Source of the DNA: Acidimicrobiales bacterium
GTDB taxonomy: Bacteria; Actinomycetota; Acidimicrobiia; Acidimicrobiales; Bog-793
NCBI GenBank assembly: GCA_049523315.1
Contig: JBEKMZ010000005.1
Coordinates: forward strand, 10,179 to 74,178
Direction of reading: 5' to 3'
DNA: 64,000 nucleotides
This document shows positions 8,982 through 18,300 of the stretch, piece after piece (position 1 is the first letter of the stretch; every line of letters begins with the position of its first letter). The position numbers were made by a program, and so were the translations under genes. The notes beneath the pieces are model-generated. The model had not been told where the DNA came from and did not search any database. It saw only the letters and a program-made list of their open reading frames with translations.

Positions 8982-10769
8982 ATGGCACTGTTGCAGGGGG
9001 TGGGATCGGGGTCCGGCCCGGTCTCGGTTCCGGCGCCTGAGTCGAGTCCGAGGGCGATCCATTACAAATGGATCGCCCTTTCGAACACGACTCTCGGCAT
9101 GCTGATGGCGACCATCAACTCGTCCATCACCCTCATCGCGCTCCCCGACATCTTCCGCGGGATCGGCGTCGACCCTCTCGCCCCTGGCGATGTGGGCTAC
9201 CTGCTCTGGATGCTGATGGGCTTCCTCGTCGTGACCGCCGTGCTCGTGGTCGCCTTCGGCCGTATCGGCGACATCTACGGCAGGGTCCGGATGTACGAGC
9301 TCGGCTTCGCCGTTTTCACACTCGGGTCGGTGCTGTTGTCGGTCGACTGGCTACACGGCGCGAGCGGGGCGCTCTATTTGATCGGCATGAGGGTCGTGCA
9401 GGGTCTCGGGGCGGCCATGCTCATGGCCAACTCGGCGGCGATCCTGACCGACGCTTTTCCTGTAGGCCAGCGCGGGCTCGCCCTCGGCATCAACAACGTC
9501 GCCGCGATATCCGGGTCGTTCATGGGTCTCGTGCTCGGGGGGCTCCTCGGCCCGGTTGACTGGCGCCTCGTCTTTTTGGTCTCGGTCCCCTTCGGCGTCG
9601 GCGGGACGATCTGGGCATACCTCCGTCTCGAAGAGCGCGGGGTCCGGCGGGCGGCACGGATCGACTGGTGGGGGACCGTCACCTTCGCCGTCGGCCTGGT
9701 CTCGCTGCTTGTCGGCATCACCTACGGCATCCAGCCCTACGGGCACGACACGATGGGCTGGTCGAGCCCGGTCGTTATCGGCGAGCTCGCCGGAGGCATC
9801 GCCGTCCTCATCGCCTTTTGCATCATCGAGACGAAGGTGGCCGAGCCGATGTTCCACCTGCCCCTGTTCGAGATCAAGGCGTTCGCGGCTGGCAACCTCG
9901 CCAGCCTTCTCGCCTCGCTCGGTCGGGGCGGCCTGATGTTCATCCTCATCATCTGGCTGCAGGGGATCTGGCTGCCCCTCCACGGCTACAGCTTCTCGTC
10001 CACGCCGCTTTGGGCGGGGATCTACATGGTCCCCCTGACGGTCGGCTTCCTCGTGTCCGGCCCCATCTCGGGCTTTTTGTCCGACCGGTTCGGGCCACGG
10101 CCGTTCGCCACTGCAGGCATGGTTCTAAGCGCCCTGAGCTTCTTCCTGCTCGAGATCCTCCCGGTCGACTTCTCCTATGTCGGCTTCGCCTCCTTGCTGC
10201 TGGCCCTTGGCGCTTCGATGGGTCTTTTCGCGTCGCCGAACCGGGCCCAGGTCATGAACAGCCTGCCGCCGGACCAGCGCGGAGTCGGAAGCGGGATGGC
10301 GGCCACGTTCCAAAACTCGGCCATGGTGCTCTCCATCGGTGTCTTCTTCAGCCTCATGATCCTGGGCCTGGCGGCATCGCTCCCGGCTCACCTCTACGCA
10401 GGCTTGACCGCGGCCGGAGTACCAGCGGCCAGCGCGACCCGGATCTCGCACCTCCCACCCGTGGGGCTTCTGTTCGCTGCTTTCTTGGGGGACAACCCGA
10501 TCCGTGTCCTTTTGGGCTCAACGATCCACCAGATACCGCTCGCCCACGCGCGGCTGTTGACGAGCAGGAGCTACTTCCCGGCTCTGATCTCCGCCCCCTT
10601 TGAGGACGGTCTCCGGCGTGCGTTCGATTTCGCGGGCGGAGCCTGCCTGGTGGCCGCGCTCGCCTCGTGGCTGAGCGGTCAGCGCTACGTCCACCAGGAG
10701 GCTGCGGTCAAGATAGCGGAGCCTGCCTCCCTCGTCCGCGAAGCGGCGGGTGCCCGCGGAACAAGCTGA
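8982..10769 (+). CDS. MFS transporter, DHA2/EmrB-like (14 TMS)
   Basis: GRIGDIYGR (motif A), RVVQGLG, GFLSDRFG; many TM helices. Confidence 0.92.
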   Translation: MALLQGVGSGSGPVSVPAPESSPRAIHYKWIALSNTTLGMLMATINSSITLIALPDIFRGIGVDPLAPGDVGYLLWMLMGFLVVTAVLVVAFGRIGDIYGRVRMYELGFAVFTLGSVLLSVDWLHGASGALYLIGMRVVQGLGAAMLMANSAAILTDAFPVGQRGLALGINNVAAISGSFMGLVLGGLLGPVDWRLVFLVSVPFGVGGTIWAYLRLEERGVRRAARIDWWGTVTFAVGLVSLLVGITYGIQPYGHDTMGWSSPVVIGELAGGIAVLIAFCIIETKVAEPMFHLPLFEIKAFAAGNLASLLASLGRGGLMFILIIWLQGIWLPLHGYSFSSTPLWAGIYMVPLTVGFLVSGPISGFLSDRFGPRPFATAGMVLSALSFFLLEILPVDFSYVGFASLLLALGASMGLFASPNRAQVMNSLPPDQRGVGSGMAATFQNSAMVLSIGVFFSLMILGLAASLPAHLYAGLTAAGVPAASATRISHLPPVGLLFAAFLGDNPIRVLLGSTIHQIPLAHARLLTSRSYFPALISAPFEDGLRRAFDFAGGACLVAALASWLSGQRYVHQEAAVKIAEPASLVREAAGARGTS

Positions 10770-10792
10770 TCCCCGTCACCTAACCTTTTGCA

Positions 10793-12280
10793 GTGGCCGA
10801 AGCTCGCAGGTTCCTCGTCCGCACCTTCGGGTGCCAGATGAACGAGCACGACTCCGAACGCATCGCGGCTGTGCTCGAGGGCGAGGGCATGTCCCGTACC
10901 GAGGATATCGGGGAGGCCGACGTCGTCGTCCTCAACACCTGCTGCATACGCCAGAACGCAGACGACAAGCTGTACGGCCACCTCGGCCATCTGAAGTCGC
11001 TCCAGGCGCAGCGCCCAGGCATGCAGATCGCCGTGGGCGGCTGCCTGGCTCAGAAGGACCGCGAGCTGCTGCTCGAACGCGCTCCGCACGTCGACGCCGT
11101 CTTCGGCACCCACAACGTGGGACGCGTGGGCACTTTGTTGGAGCTGGCGCGTGCGAGCGGCGAGCCGGTGCTCGAGGTGCTCGATGCCCCCGGTCCCGAC
11201 GAGGGCACGGACTTCCCGAGCGCGATGGCCGTGCGTCACGAGCAGCCCTACGCGGCATGGGTCACGATCCAGGTCGGCTGCAACAACTCGTGCGCGTTCT
11301 GCATAGTCCCCGAGGTGAGGGGCCCGGAGGTCAGCCGGCCCTTCGGTGAGCTGACCGCCGAGCTCGAACAGCTCGTCGCGCGGGGAACCGTCGAGATCAC
11401 CCTGCTCGGCCAGAACGTCAACTCCTATGGGCGCGACCTGACGACGAAATGGCGCGGCACGGCGGCAGAACGCCGCGCTATGGAATGGGTTGCCGGGAAG
11501 CGGTGGGTGAGTGAAGGCGCCTCGAGGGCGCGGCCGCTCTTCGCGGATCTGCTCCGCGAGCTCGGCGCCGTGCCGGGCATCCGCCGGGTGCGTTTCACGA
11601 GCCCGCATCCGAAGGATCTGCGCCCGGAGACCATCGCGGCCATGGCCGAGAGCCCGGCGGTATGCGAGCAGCTTCACCTGCCCTTGCAGTCTGGCAGCGA
11701 CCGCATCCTCGCCGCGATGCGGCGTGGCTACACGGCCGAGCGTTACATGGGCCTAATCGCAAAGGCGAGGGCGGCGATCACCGACCTGGCGGTGACGACC
11801 GACATCATCGTCGGGTTCCCGGGCGAGACGGAGGAGGACTTCGCCCGCACCTTGGAGGTGGCCGCAGAGGCCGCTTACGACAGCGCGTTCACGTTTATCT
11901 TCTCGCCGCGGCCCGGAACCCGTGCTGCTCAGATGACCGAGCTCTTCGTCCCGCCCGAGGAGATCGCCGACCGGTTCGAGCGGCTCAAGGTTGTCATCGA
12001 GCGGTCGGCCCTCGCGAACAATACGGCCCGGGTCGGCCGGATCGAGGAAGCCATCGTCGAGGGCCCTTCGAAGAAAGATCCCGGCGTCCTTTCCGGCCGC
12101 ACCAGGCAGGGCAAGCTCGTTCACTTCGCCCCTCCGGAAAGCGGCCGCCTCGCCCCAGGCAGCTTCGCGAGCGTGCGGATCGAGCGCGCGGCGCCGCACC
12201 ACCTCGCAGGCTCGCTCGTCTCGGTCGAAAAAGGACCTGTCAGTCGTCCGCGCGAACGCATTTCGGTGTCCTCGGAATGA
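10793..12280 (+). CDS. miaB: tRNA-2-methylthio-N6-dimethylallyladenosine synthase
   Basis: TFGCQMNEHDSE, NTCCIR, GCLAQ, radical-SAM CNNSCAFC, LHLPLQSGSD, TDIIVGFPGET, TRAM domain. Confidence 0.96.
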   Translation: MAEARRFLVRTFGCQMNEHDSERIAAVLEGEGMSRTEDIGEADVVVLNTCCIRQNADDKLYGHLGHLKSLQAQRPGMQIAVGGCLAQKDRELLLERAPHVDAVFGTHNVGRVGTLLELARASGEPVLEVLDAPGPDEGTDFPSAMAVRHEQPYAAWVTIQVGCNNSCAFCIVPEVRGPEVSRPFGELTAELEQLVARGTVEITLLGQNVNSYGRDLTTKWRGTAAERRAMEWVAGKRWVSEGASRARPLFADLLRELGAVPGIRRVRFTSPHPKDLRPETIAAMAESPAVCEQLHLPLQSGSDRILAAMRRGYTAERYMGLIAKARAAITDLAVTTDIIVGFPGETEEDFARTLEVAAEAAYDSAFTFIFSPRPGTRAAQMTELFVPPEEIADRFERLKVVIERSALANNTARVGRIEEAIVEGPSKKDPGVLSGRTRQGKLVHFAPPESGRLAPGSFASVRIERAAPHHLAGSLVSVEKGPVSRPRERISVSSE

Positions 12281-12359
12281 AACGACAAGGCGCACGCGCG
12301 GCCCGGATCAGGCGCACCCGATCCAGAGCGGCGAGGGTGGCAGCGTACACTTAGTGGTA

Positions 12360-15221
12360 GTGAGCGTTTTCGGAAAGGTACTTCGCGCGGGCGAGAGCAA
12401 GAAGGTGCGCAGCCTTGCCGCGATCGTGCCGTCGATCAACGCGTTGGAGCCCGAGATCCAAGCCCAGTCCGACGAGGAACTGGCGCACAAGACCGTCGAG
12501 TTCAGAGAGCGCCTCGAACGCGGCGAGGACCTGAACGACCTTTTGGTCGAGGCCTACGCAGTCGTGCGCGAGGCGGGGATCCGCACCATCGGCCAGCGCC
12601 ACTTCGACGTCCAGTTGATGGGCGGCATGGCGCTTCACTTCGGTTGGATTGCCGAGATGAAGACCGGTGAGGGCAAGACGCTCGTCTCGACGCTCCCGGT
12701 CTACCTGAACGCCCTTCCTGCCCGTGGTGTGCACGTCATCACCGTGAACGACTACCTGGCCCGGCGTGACGCGGAGTGGATGGGCCAGATCTACCAGTTC
12801 CTCGGCCTGACGGTGGGCCTCGTCACCCCCGAGATCGATGACCCGGCGCAGAAGTCGGCGGCGTACCTGTGTGATGTCACCTACGGCACCAACACCGAGA
12901 TGGGTTTCGACTACCTGCGTGACAACATGGCGGGCCGCCGCGAGCACATGGTCCAGCGCGGGCACGTCTACGGGATCGTCGACGAGGTCGACTCCATCCT
13001 GATCGACGAGGCCCGGACGCCGCTTATCATCTCCGGGCCCTCGAACGAGTCGACGAAGCTGTACTACCAGTTCGCGAGCGTCGTGCGGACACTGCACCGC
13101 GACCTCGACTACGAGGTCGACGAGGAGAAGCGCACCGCGGTTCCGACCGAGGCCGGCATCGCCAAGGTCGAGCGCCAGCTCGGGGTCGCCAACCTCTACG
13201 ACTCGGTGGCCGTGAACTATGTCCACCAGCTCGAAAAGGCCCTCCAGGCCAAGGAGCTGTACCACCGGGACAAGGACTACCTCGTCGCCGACGGCGAGGT
13301 GAAGATAGTCGACGAGTTCACCGGCCGGATCATGGAGGGCCGCCGCTGGTCCGACGGCCTCCACCAGGCCGTCGAGGCGAAAGAGCGCGTGAAGATCCAG
13401 GACGAGAACCACACCTGGGCGACCATCACCCTGCAGAACTACTTCCGCATGTACGACAAGCTCGCTGGCATGACCGGTACGGCCGAGACCGAAGCGGCCG
13501 AGTTCGCCTCGACCTACCAGCTGCACGTTGTGCCCATCCCGACCCACCGGCCCATGGTGCGCACCGACGAGCCTGACCTGATCTTCAAGACCGAAGCCGC
13601 GAAGTTCGACGCCGTCGTCGAGGACCTGAAGGAGCGCTACGACCGGGGCCAGCCCGTTCTCGTCGGCACGGCGTCCGTGGCGAAGTCCGAAGAGCTCTCC
13701 TTGCTCTTGGACAAACAGGGCATCCCGCACCATGTCCTCAACGCCAAGCACCACGCGCAGGAGGCCGTGATCGTCGCCCAGGCGGGCCGCCTGAACGCCA
13801 TCACGGTCGCGACCAACATGGCTGGACGAGGCGTCGACATCGTCCTCGGCGGCAACCCGGAGGGTCTCGCCCGCGACGAGGTGCGCGCCCAGGGGCTCGA
13901 CATCGCCTCTGACGAAGGGCGGCAGCGTTACGAGAGCCTGCTCGAGAAGTTCAGGCAGCATTGCGCCGCCGAGGCCGACGAGGTCTGTTCCCTCGGCGGT
14001 CTGTACGTGCTCGGGAGCGAGCGCCACGAGAGCCGCCGCATCGACAACCAGCTCCGGGGGCGCTCCGGCCGACAGGGTGACCCGGGCGAGAGCCGTTTCT
14101 ACCTTTCGCTCGAGGACGAGCTGATGCGGCTGTTCGCGACCGGTGCCGTCAGCTGGGTCATGGGCCGTGCCCTGCCCGATGAGGTGCCGATCGAGGCGCG
14201 CATGGTGACAAAGGCGATCGAGCGGGCGCAGAACACCGTCGAGGGCCGCAACGCCGAGACCCGAAAGGAGCTGCTCAAGTACGACGAGGTGCGCAACGAG
14301 CAGCGCAAGGTCATCTACGCCCGGCGACTTCAGATCATCGACGGCGAGGACTTAAAGGAGCACACCGAGCACCTGTTGACCGAGATGGTGGAGCACGTCG
14401 TCGCGAACCACTGCCCGAGCAACTTCCCCGAGGACTGGGACCTCGAGAGCCTCGTCGTCGAGCTGACCCAGTACTACCCGACGCGTTTTACCGTCGAGGA
14501 CCTCGAAGTCGCGACCGACGCCCAACAGCTCACCGAGAGCATCCTCGCCGAGGCCCTCGCGTTCTACGACGAGCGGGAGTCGACCTTCCCCGGCGGGGCC
14601 GAGACCGCCCGCGAGGTCGAGCGCAACGTCCTCATCCAGATCATCGACCAGCGCTGGCGCGAGCACCTCGTCGAGATGGATTACCTGAACGAGGGCATCC
14701 ACCTGCGCGGCATCGCTCAGACGGACCCGCTCGTGGCCTGGCAGCGTGAGGGCTTCGAGATGTTCGGCAAGCTCATGGACTCGATTGACGACGACTACCT
14801 GCGCTATGTCATGCACGTCCAGGTCATCGAGGCTCCGAGCGAGGACCCCGACTACGCACAGGCGGCTTTCGTAGCCGCCGACGACCCCGCGGCGGGCCTC
14901 GCAGAGCCGTCGGCTGCCATGACCGCGGAGCTCGCGGGCGTCTCGCCACAGGCACCCCCGGCCCTTTCGGGCCAGGCGACCGTCGCCGCGGCGACGGGCG
15001 CGTCACGGCCCGGGACCCAGCGCGGCCCGGCACAGCCGGCCGGAGGGCAGTCCGGCGCCCCTCGTGGGGGGCGTCCCTCCAAGCAGGGCACGCCCTCACA
15101 CGGCCAGATCTCTCCCACGGGGACCCGGATCGTCGGCGGTCCGCCCGCCAAGGTCGGCCGCAACGAGCCGTGCTGGTGCGGTAGCGGACGCAAGTTCAAG
15201 GTCTGTCACGGCGCGAGCTGA
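12360..15221 (+). CDS. secA: Preprotein translocase ATPase SecA
   Basis: MKTGEGKT, VNDYLA, DEVDSILIDEARTPLIISG, TNMAGRG, RRIDNQLRGRSGRQGDPG, SEC-C motif GRNEPCWCGSGRKFKVCHG. Confidence 0.98.
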   Translation: MSVFGKVLRAGESKKVRSLAAIVPSINALEPEIQAQSDEELAHKTVEFRERLERGEDLNDLLVEAYAVVREAGIRTIGQRHFDVQLMGGMALHFGWIAEMKTGEGKTLVSTLPVYLNALPARGVHVITVNDYLARRDAEWMGQIYQFLGLTVGLVTPEIDDPAQKSAAYLCDVTYGTNTEMGFDYLRDNMAGRREHMVQRGHVYGIVDEVDSILIDEARTPLIISGPSNESTKLYYQFASVVRTLHRDLDYEVDEEKRTAVPTEAGIAKVERQLGVANLYDSVAVNYVHQLEKALQAKELYHRDKDYLVADGEVKIVDEFTGRIMEGRRWSDGLHQAVEAKERVKIQDENHTWATITLQNYFRMYDKLAGMTGTAETEAAEFASTYQLHVVPIPTHRPMVRTDEPDLIFKTEAAKFDAVVEDLKERYDRGQPVLVGTASVAKSEELSLLLDKQGIPHHVLNAKHHAQEAVIVAQAGRLNAITVATNMAGRGVDIVLGGNPEGLARDEVRAQGLDIASDEGRQRYESLLEKFRQHCAAEADEVCSLGGLYVLGSERHESRRIDNQLRGRSGRQGDPGESRFYLSLEDELMRLFATGAVSWVMGRALPDEVPIEARMVTKAIERAQNTVEGRNAETRKELLKYDEVRNEQRKVIYARRLQIIDGEDLKEHTEHLLTEMVEHVVANHCPSNFPEDWDLESLVVELTQYYPTRFTVEDLEVATDAQQLTESILAEALAFYDERESTFPGGAETAREVERNVLIQIIDQRWREHLVEMDYLNEGIHLRGIAQTDPLVAWQREGFEMFGKLMDSIDDDYLRYVMHVQVIEAPSEDPDYAQAAFVAADDPAAGLAEPSAAMTAELAGVSPQAPPALSGQATVAAATGASRPGTQRGPAQPAGGQSGAPRGGRPSKQGTPSHGQISPTGTRIVGGPPAKVGRNEPCWCGSGRKFKVCHGAS

Positions 15222-15227
15222 ACGATC

Positions 15228-16382
15228 GTGGCTCGAGCAACCGACGGCGCCCAAGAAGGGCCGCGCCCTGAGCTTGGCGAGGTGCTCGCCTCGCTTCGCG
15301 CCCGCCTCGACGCTGCGAAGGCGTACCTGAGGCTCGACGACTCGGTCGCTCGCCTCGCCGTGCTTGAGAAGTCGATCGCCGAGCCCGATCTGTGGTCGGA
15401 TGCCGACAACGCGCGCAAGGTGACCTCCGAGTACGGCCGCGTCCACGACGACGTCGAGAGCCTGCGCGCTCTCGACACCCAGCTCGGCGACGCCGAGGAC
15501 CTCCACGCGATGGCCCTCGACGAAGGCGGGACCGAGCTTGCCGAGCTCGAGGGTGAGCTCGAGCAGACCGCCGCCGGCGTCGCAAAGGCGCTCGACAACC
15601 TGGAGCTGCGGAGCCTGTTCTCGGGCGAGCACGACGAAAGAGACGCCGTCGCCGAGATCCACGCCGGCGCCGGGGGCACAGACGCCCAGGACTGGGCCGA
15701 GATGATGCTGCGAATGTACCTTCGCTGGGCAGAGCGGCGCGGGTTCGCGGTCGAGGTCGACGAGGTCTCCGAAGGCGGGGAGGCGGGCATCTTGTCGGCA
15801 ACCTTTATCGTCCGCGGGCGCTTCGCCTATGGGCTGCTCGCCGCCGAGCGGGGCGTGCACCGCCTCGTGCGGATGTCGCCGTTCGACTCCCAGCACCGGC
15901 GCCAGACGAGCTTCGCGTCGCTCGATGTGGCCCCGTTCCTCGAGGATCTCTCCGACGAAGTCGACATCGACGAGAAGGACCTGCGCATCGACACCTACCG
16001 TTCCTCGGGAGCTGGGGGCCAGCACGTGAACGTGACGGACTCCGCCGTGCGGATAACCCATCTTCCGACCGGGATCGTCACCTCGTGCCAGAACGAGCGC
16101 TCCCAGCACCAGAACAAGGCGAAGGCGCTCCAGATCCTCGCCGCCAAGCTCGCCGAGCTGCAGCGCGCCGAGCGCCGAAAGGAGCTCGAGACGCTTTCGG
16201 GACCTCTGAGCGACGTCGCCTGGGGCAGCCAGATCCGCTCTTATGTCCTCGCCCCCTACCAGCTCGTCAAGGACCTGCGCAGCGGTTACGAGACCGGGAA
16301 CGTCGAGGCGGTGCTGGACGGCGACCTCGACGACTTCATGATCGCTTTCCTGAGATTCCGTAGGGAACATGAGGGTTTCTGA
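15228..16382 (+). CDS. prfB: Peptide chain release factor 2 (no programmed frameshift)
   Basis: GAGGTDAQDWAEM, SPF tripeptide anticodon, GAGGQHVN, WGSQIRSYV. Confidence 0.97.
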   Translation: MARATDGAQEGPRPELGEVLASLRARLDAAKAYLRLDDSVARLAVLEKSIAEPDLWSDADNARKVTSEYGRVHDDVESLRALDTQLGDAEDLHAMALDEGGTELAELEGELEQTAAGVAKALDNLELRSLFSGEHDERDAVAEIHAGAGGTDAQDWAEMMLRMYLRWAERRGFAVEVDEVSEGGEAGILSATFIVRGRFAYGLLAAERGVHRLVRMSPFDSQHRRQTSFASLDVAPFLEDLSDEVDIDEKDLRIDTYRSSGAGGQHVNVTDSAVRITHLPTGIVTSCQNERSQHQNKAKALQILAAKLAELQRAERRKELETLSGPLSDVAWGSQIRSYVLAPYQLVKDLRSGYETGNVEAVLDGDLDDFMIAFLRFRREHEGF

Positions 16383-16475
16383 GCGCCATCGGCGGCCCTA
16401 CCTCCTTGTCGCGAGGCTGGCTGGTAACCTTGAACAGGGAGAATTCGTGACAAGGCGCGGGGGAGAAGAGGGGCG

Positions 16476-17300
16476 ATGATCCGCTTCGAGAACGTCACGA
16501 AGTCCTACAAGGGCTCCGTTGTCGCCTTGCGCGATGTCTCGCTCGAGATCCTGAAGGGCGAATTCGTCTTCCTCGTCGGGGCGTCGGGCTCGGGCAAGAC
16601 GACGATGCTCAAGCTCCTCTTGCGCGAGGAGGTGGCCGACCGCGGCGAGATCTGGGTCGCCGGCAAGGAGATCGGCCAGCTCTCGAATTGGAGAGTGCCG
16701 TACCTGCGTCGCAATCTCGGTTGCGTGTTCCAGGACTTCCGCCTCTTGCCGAACAAGAGCGTGTTCGAGAACGTCGCCTTCGCCCTAGAGGTAATCGGCC
16801 GCCCGCGTCACGTGATATCGACACAGGTCCCACAGGTCCTCGAGCTCGTCGGCCTCGGCCAGAAGGGCGATCGCCTTCCGGACCAGCTTTCGGGAGGCGA
16901 GCAGCAGCGTGTGGCCATCGCCCGCGCCTTTGTGAACCGGCCACTCATCATCCTTGCCGACGAGCCGACGGGGAACCTCGATCCGACGACGAGCCAGGGA
17001 ATCATGTCATTGCTCGATCGGATCAACCGCACCGGGACGACCGTCGTCATGGCCACCCATGACTCCACCATCGTCGACAGCATGCGGCGCCGGGTCATCG
17101 AGATCGACCACGGCGCAGTCATCCGCGACCAGGCCCGGGGGATCTACGGACTCGACCCGAGCGTGTCGAGTACACGCGGCGTCCCGGCCGTGTCGATCTC
17201 GGCCGCGCGGGCGGGGCAGGTCGAGTTCGATCTCGGCGAGGGGAACGAGCCGATCACGAGCCGCCAGGAGGCGGTCCGGGCGCGAAGAGGCCGCCGCTGA
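16476..17300 (+). CDS. ftsE: Cell division ATP-binding protein FtsE
   Basis: [34 protein letters not shown]; adjacent to ftsX. Confidence 0.95.
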   Translation: MIRFENVTKSYKGSVVALRDVSLEILKGEFVFLVGASGSGKTTMLKLLLREEVADRGEIWVAGKEIGQLSNWRVPYLRRNLGCVFQDFRLLPNKSVFENVAFALEVIGRPRHVISTQVPQVLELVGLGQKGDRLPDQLSGGEQQRVAIARAFVNRPLIILADEPTGNLDPTTSQGIMSLLDRINRTGTTVVMATHDSTIVDSMRRRVIEIDHGAVIRDQARGIYGLDPSVSSTRGVPAVSISAARAGQVEFDLGEGNEPITSRQEAVRARRGRR

Positions 17301-18175
17301 TGCCGATATCGCCCGGTTATGTCGCCCGCGAGACCGCCACGAACCTGTGGCGGAACCGTCTCATGGCGATCGCGGCAGTGCTGACCGTCGCCGTCTCGCT
17401 CTCTCTGGTCGGCACGGCGCTATTGATGCGCCAGGCGGTCAACAGCGAGCTCGTCGAGCTCAACCAGAACGTCGACCTGCAGGTGTTCGTGCATCCGGCG
17501 GCGTCGATCGCCGAGATTAACTCGCTGCGCAGCACGATCAGCCAGACGCCGCAGGTCCGCCAGTTCATCTACCTCGACCATGCTCAGTCCTACAAGCTCG
17601 CCTGCCGCATCAGCGGACCGACGGTCTGCAGCGTGCTGACCCCGGCGACGACCCCGCCCGTATTCCAGGCCACATTGACTAACCCGGGGTCCGCGCCCAC
17701 CGTCGCGAGCGTCTTCGAGAATCTTCCCGGGGTCCTTAAGATCACCTATCCGTCCCAGGCGGCCCGCACGCTGACGGCGCTGAGCAACGTCTTGCAGATA
17801 GTGCTGTTGGTCATCGCCCTCGTGCTTTTGGTTTCGGCCCTCGTGCTGATCCTGAACGCCATCCGGATGGCGATCTTCTCGCGCCGACGAGAGGTCGGCG
17901 TGATGCGGCTCGTCGGAGCGACGAGCTGGTTCATCCGCCTGCCGTTCATGGTGGAGGGCCTCGTGCAGGGACTGATCGGAGCCGTCGTGGCCGCCGGCAT
18001 AGTGCTGCTCGGCGATCTCGGCATCCGCACGCTCATCAGGCATTTCAGGGAGTTCTCGTCCGCGGTCGTGCCGGGCCACGACGTGATCATCACGGAGGTC
18101 TTCGTAGTGATCATGGGCGCTGTGATCGGCGCCATCGGCTCGGCCGTCGCGGTCCGCAAGTTCCTCGACATCTGA
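17300..18175 (+). CDS. ftsX: Cell division permease FtsX
   Basis: NLWRN, 4-TM layout, IRMAIFSRRREVGVMRLVGAT.WFIR.PF..EG. Confidence 0.93.
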   Translation: MPISPGYVARETATNLWRNRLMAIAAVLTVAVSLSLVGTALLMRQAVNSELVELNQNVDLQVFVHPAASIAEINSLRSTISQTPQVRQFIYLDHAQSYKLACRISGPTVCSVLTPATTPPVFQATLTNPGSAPTVASVFENLPGVLKITYPSQAARTLTALSNVLQIVLLVIALVLLVSALVLILNAIRMAIFSRRREVGVMRLVGATSWFIRLPFMVEGLVQGLIGAVVAAGIVLLGDLGIRTLIRHFREFSSAVVPGHDVIITEVFVVIMGAVIGAIGSAVAVRKFLDI

Positions 18176-18176
18176 A

Positions 18177-18206
18177 CCGTCGTCGCCCGCGCCTTGGCGA
18201 CGGCGG
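18177..18206 (+). terminator. GC hairpin after ftsX
   Basis: CCGTCGTCGCC ... GGCGACGGCGG stem (with G-U pairs), weak U-tract. Confidence 0.4.
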
Positions 18207-18300
18207 CTTGCCAAATCCGCCGTCCCGAGCGAGTACGCTCGGAACTGCAGACCTCGGCGCCGAAGAGGGATGTGTCGCAGCACGAGGGGGAAACATCGAC

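Noticed and set aside
12351-14027. Long antisense ORFs (this one, 15096-16370, 23360-25033, 29543-31201, 38899-40383 and others)
   Set aside because: Shadow ORFs expected opposite high-GC genes; no recognisable motifs
15228-16382. Programmed +1 frameshift in prfB
   Set aside because: The frame is continuous with no CTT-TGA site; this is normal for actinobacteria
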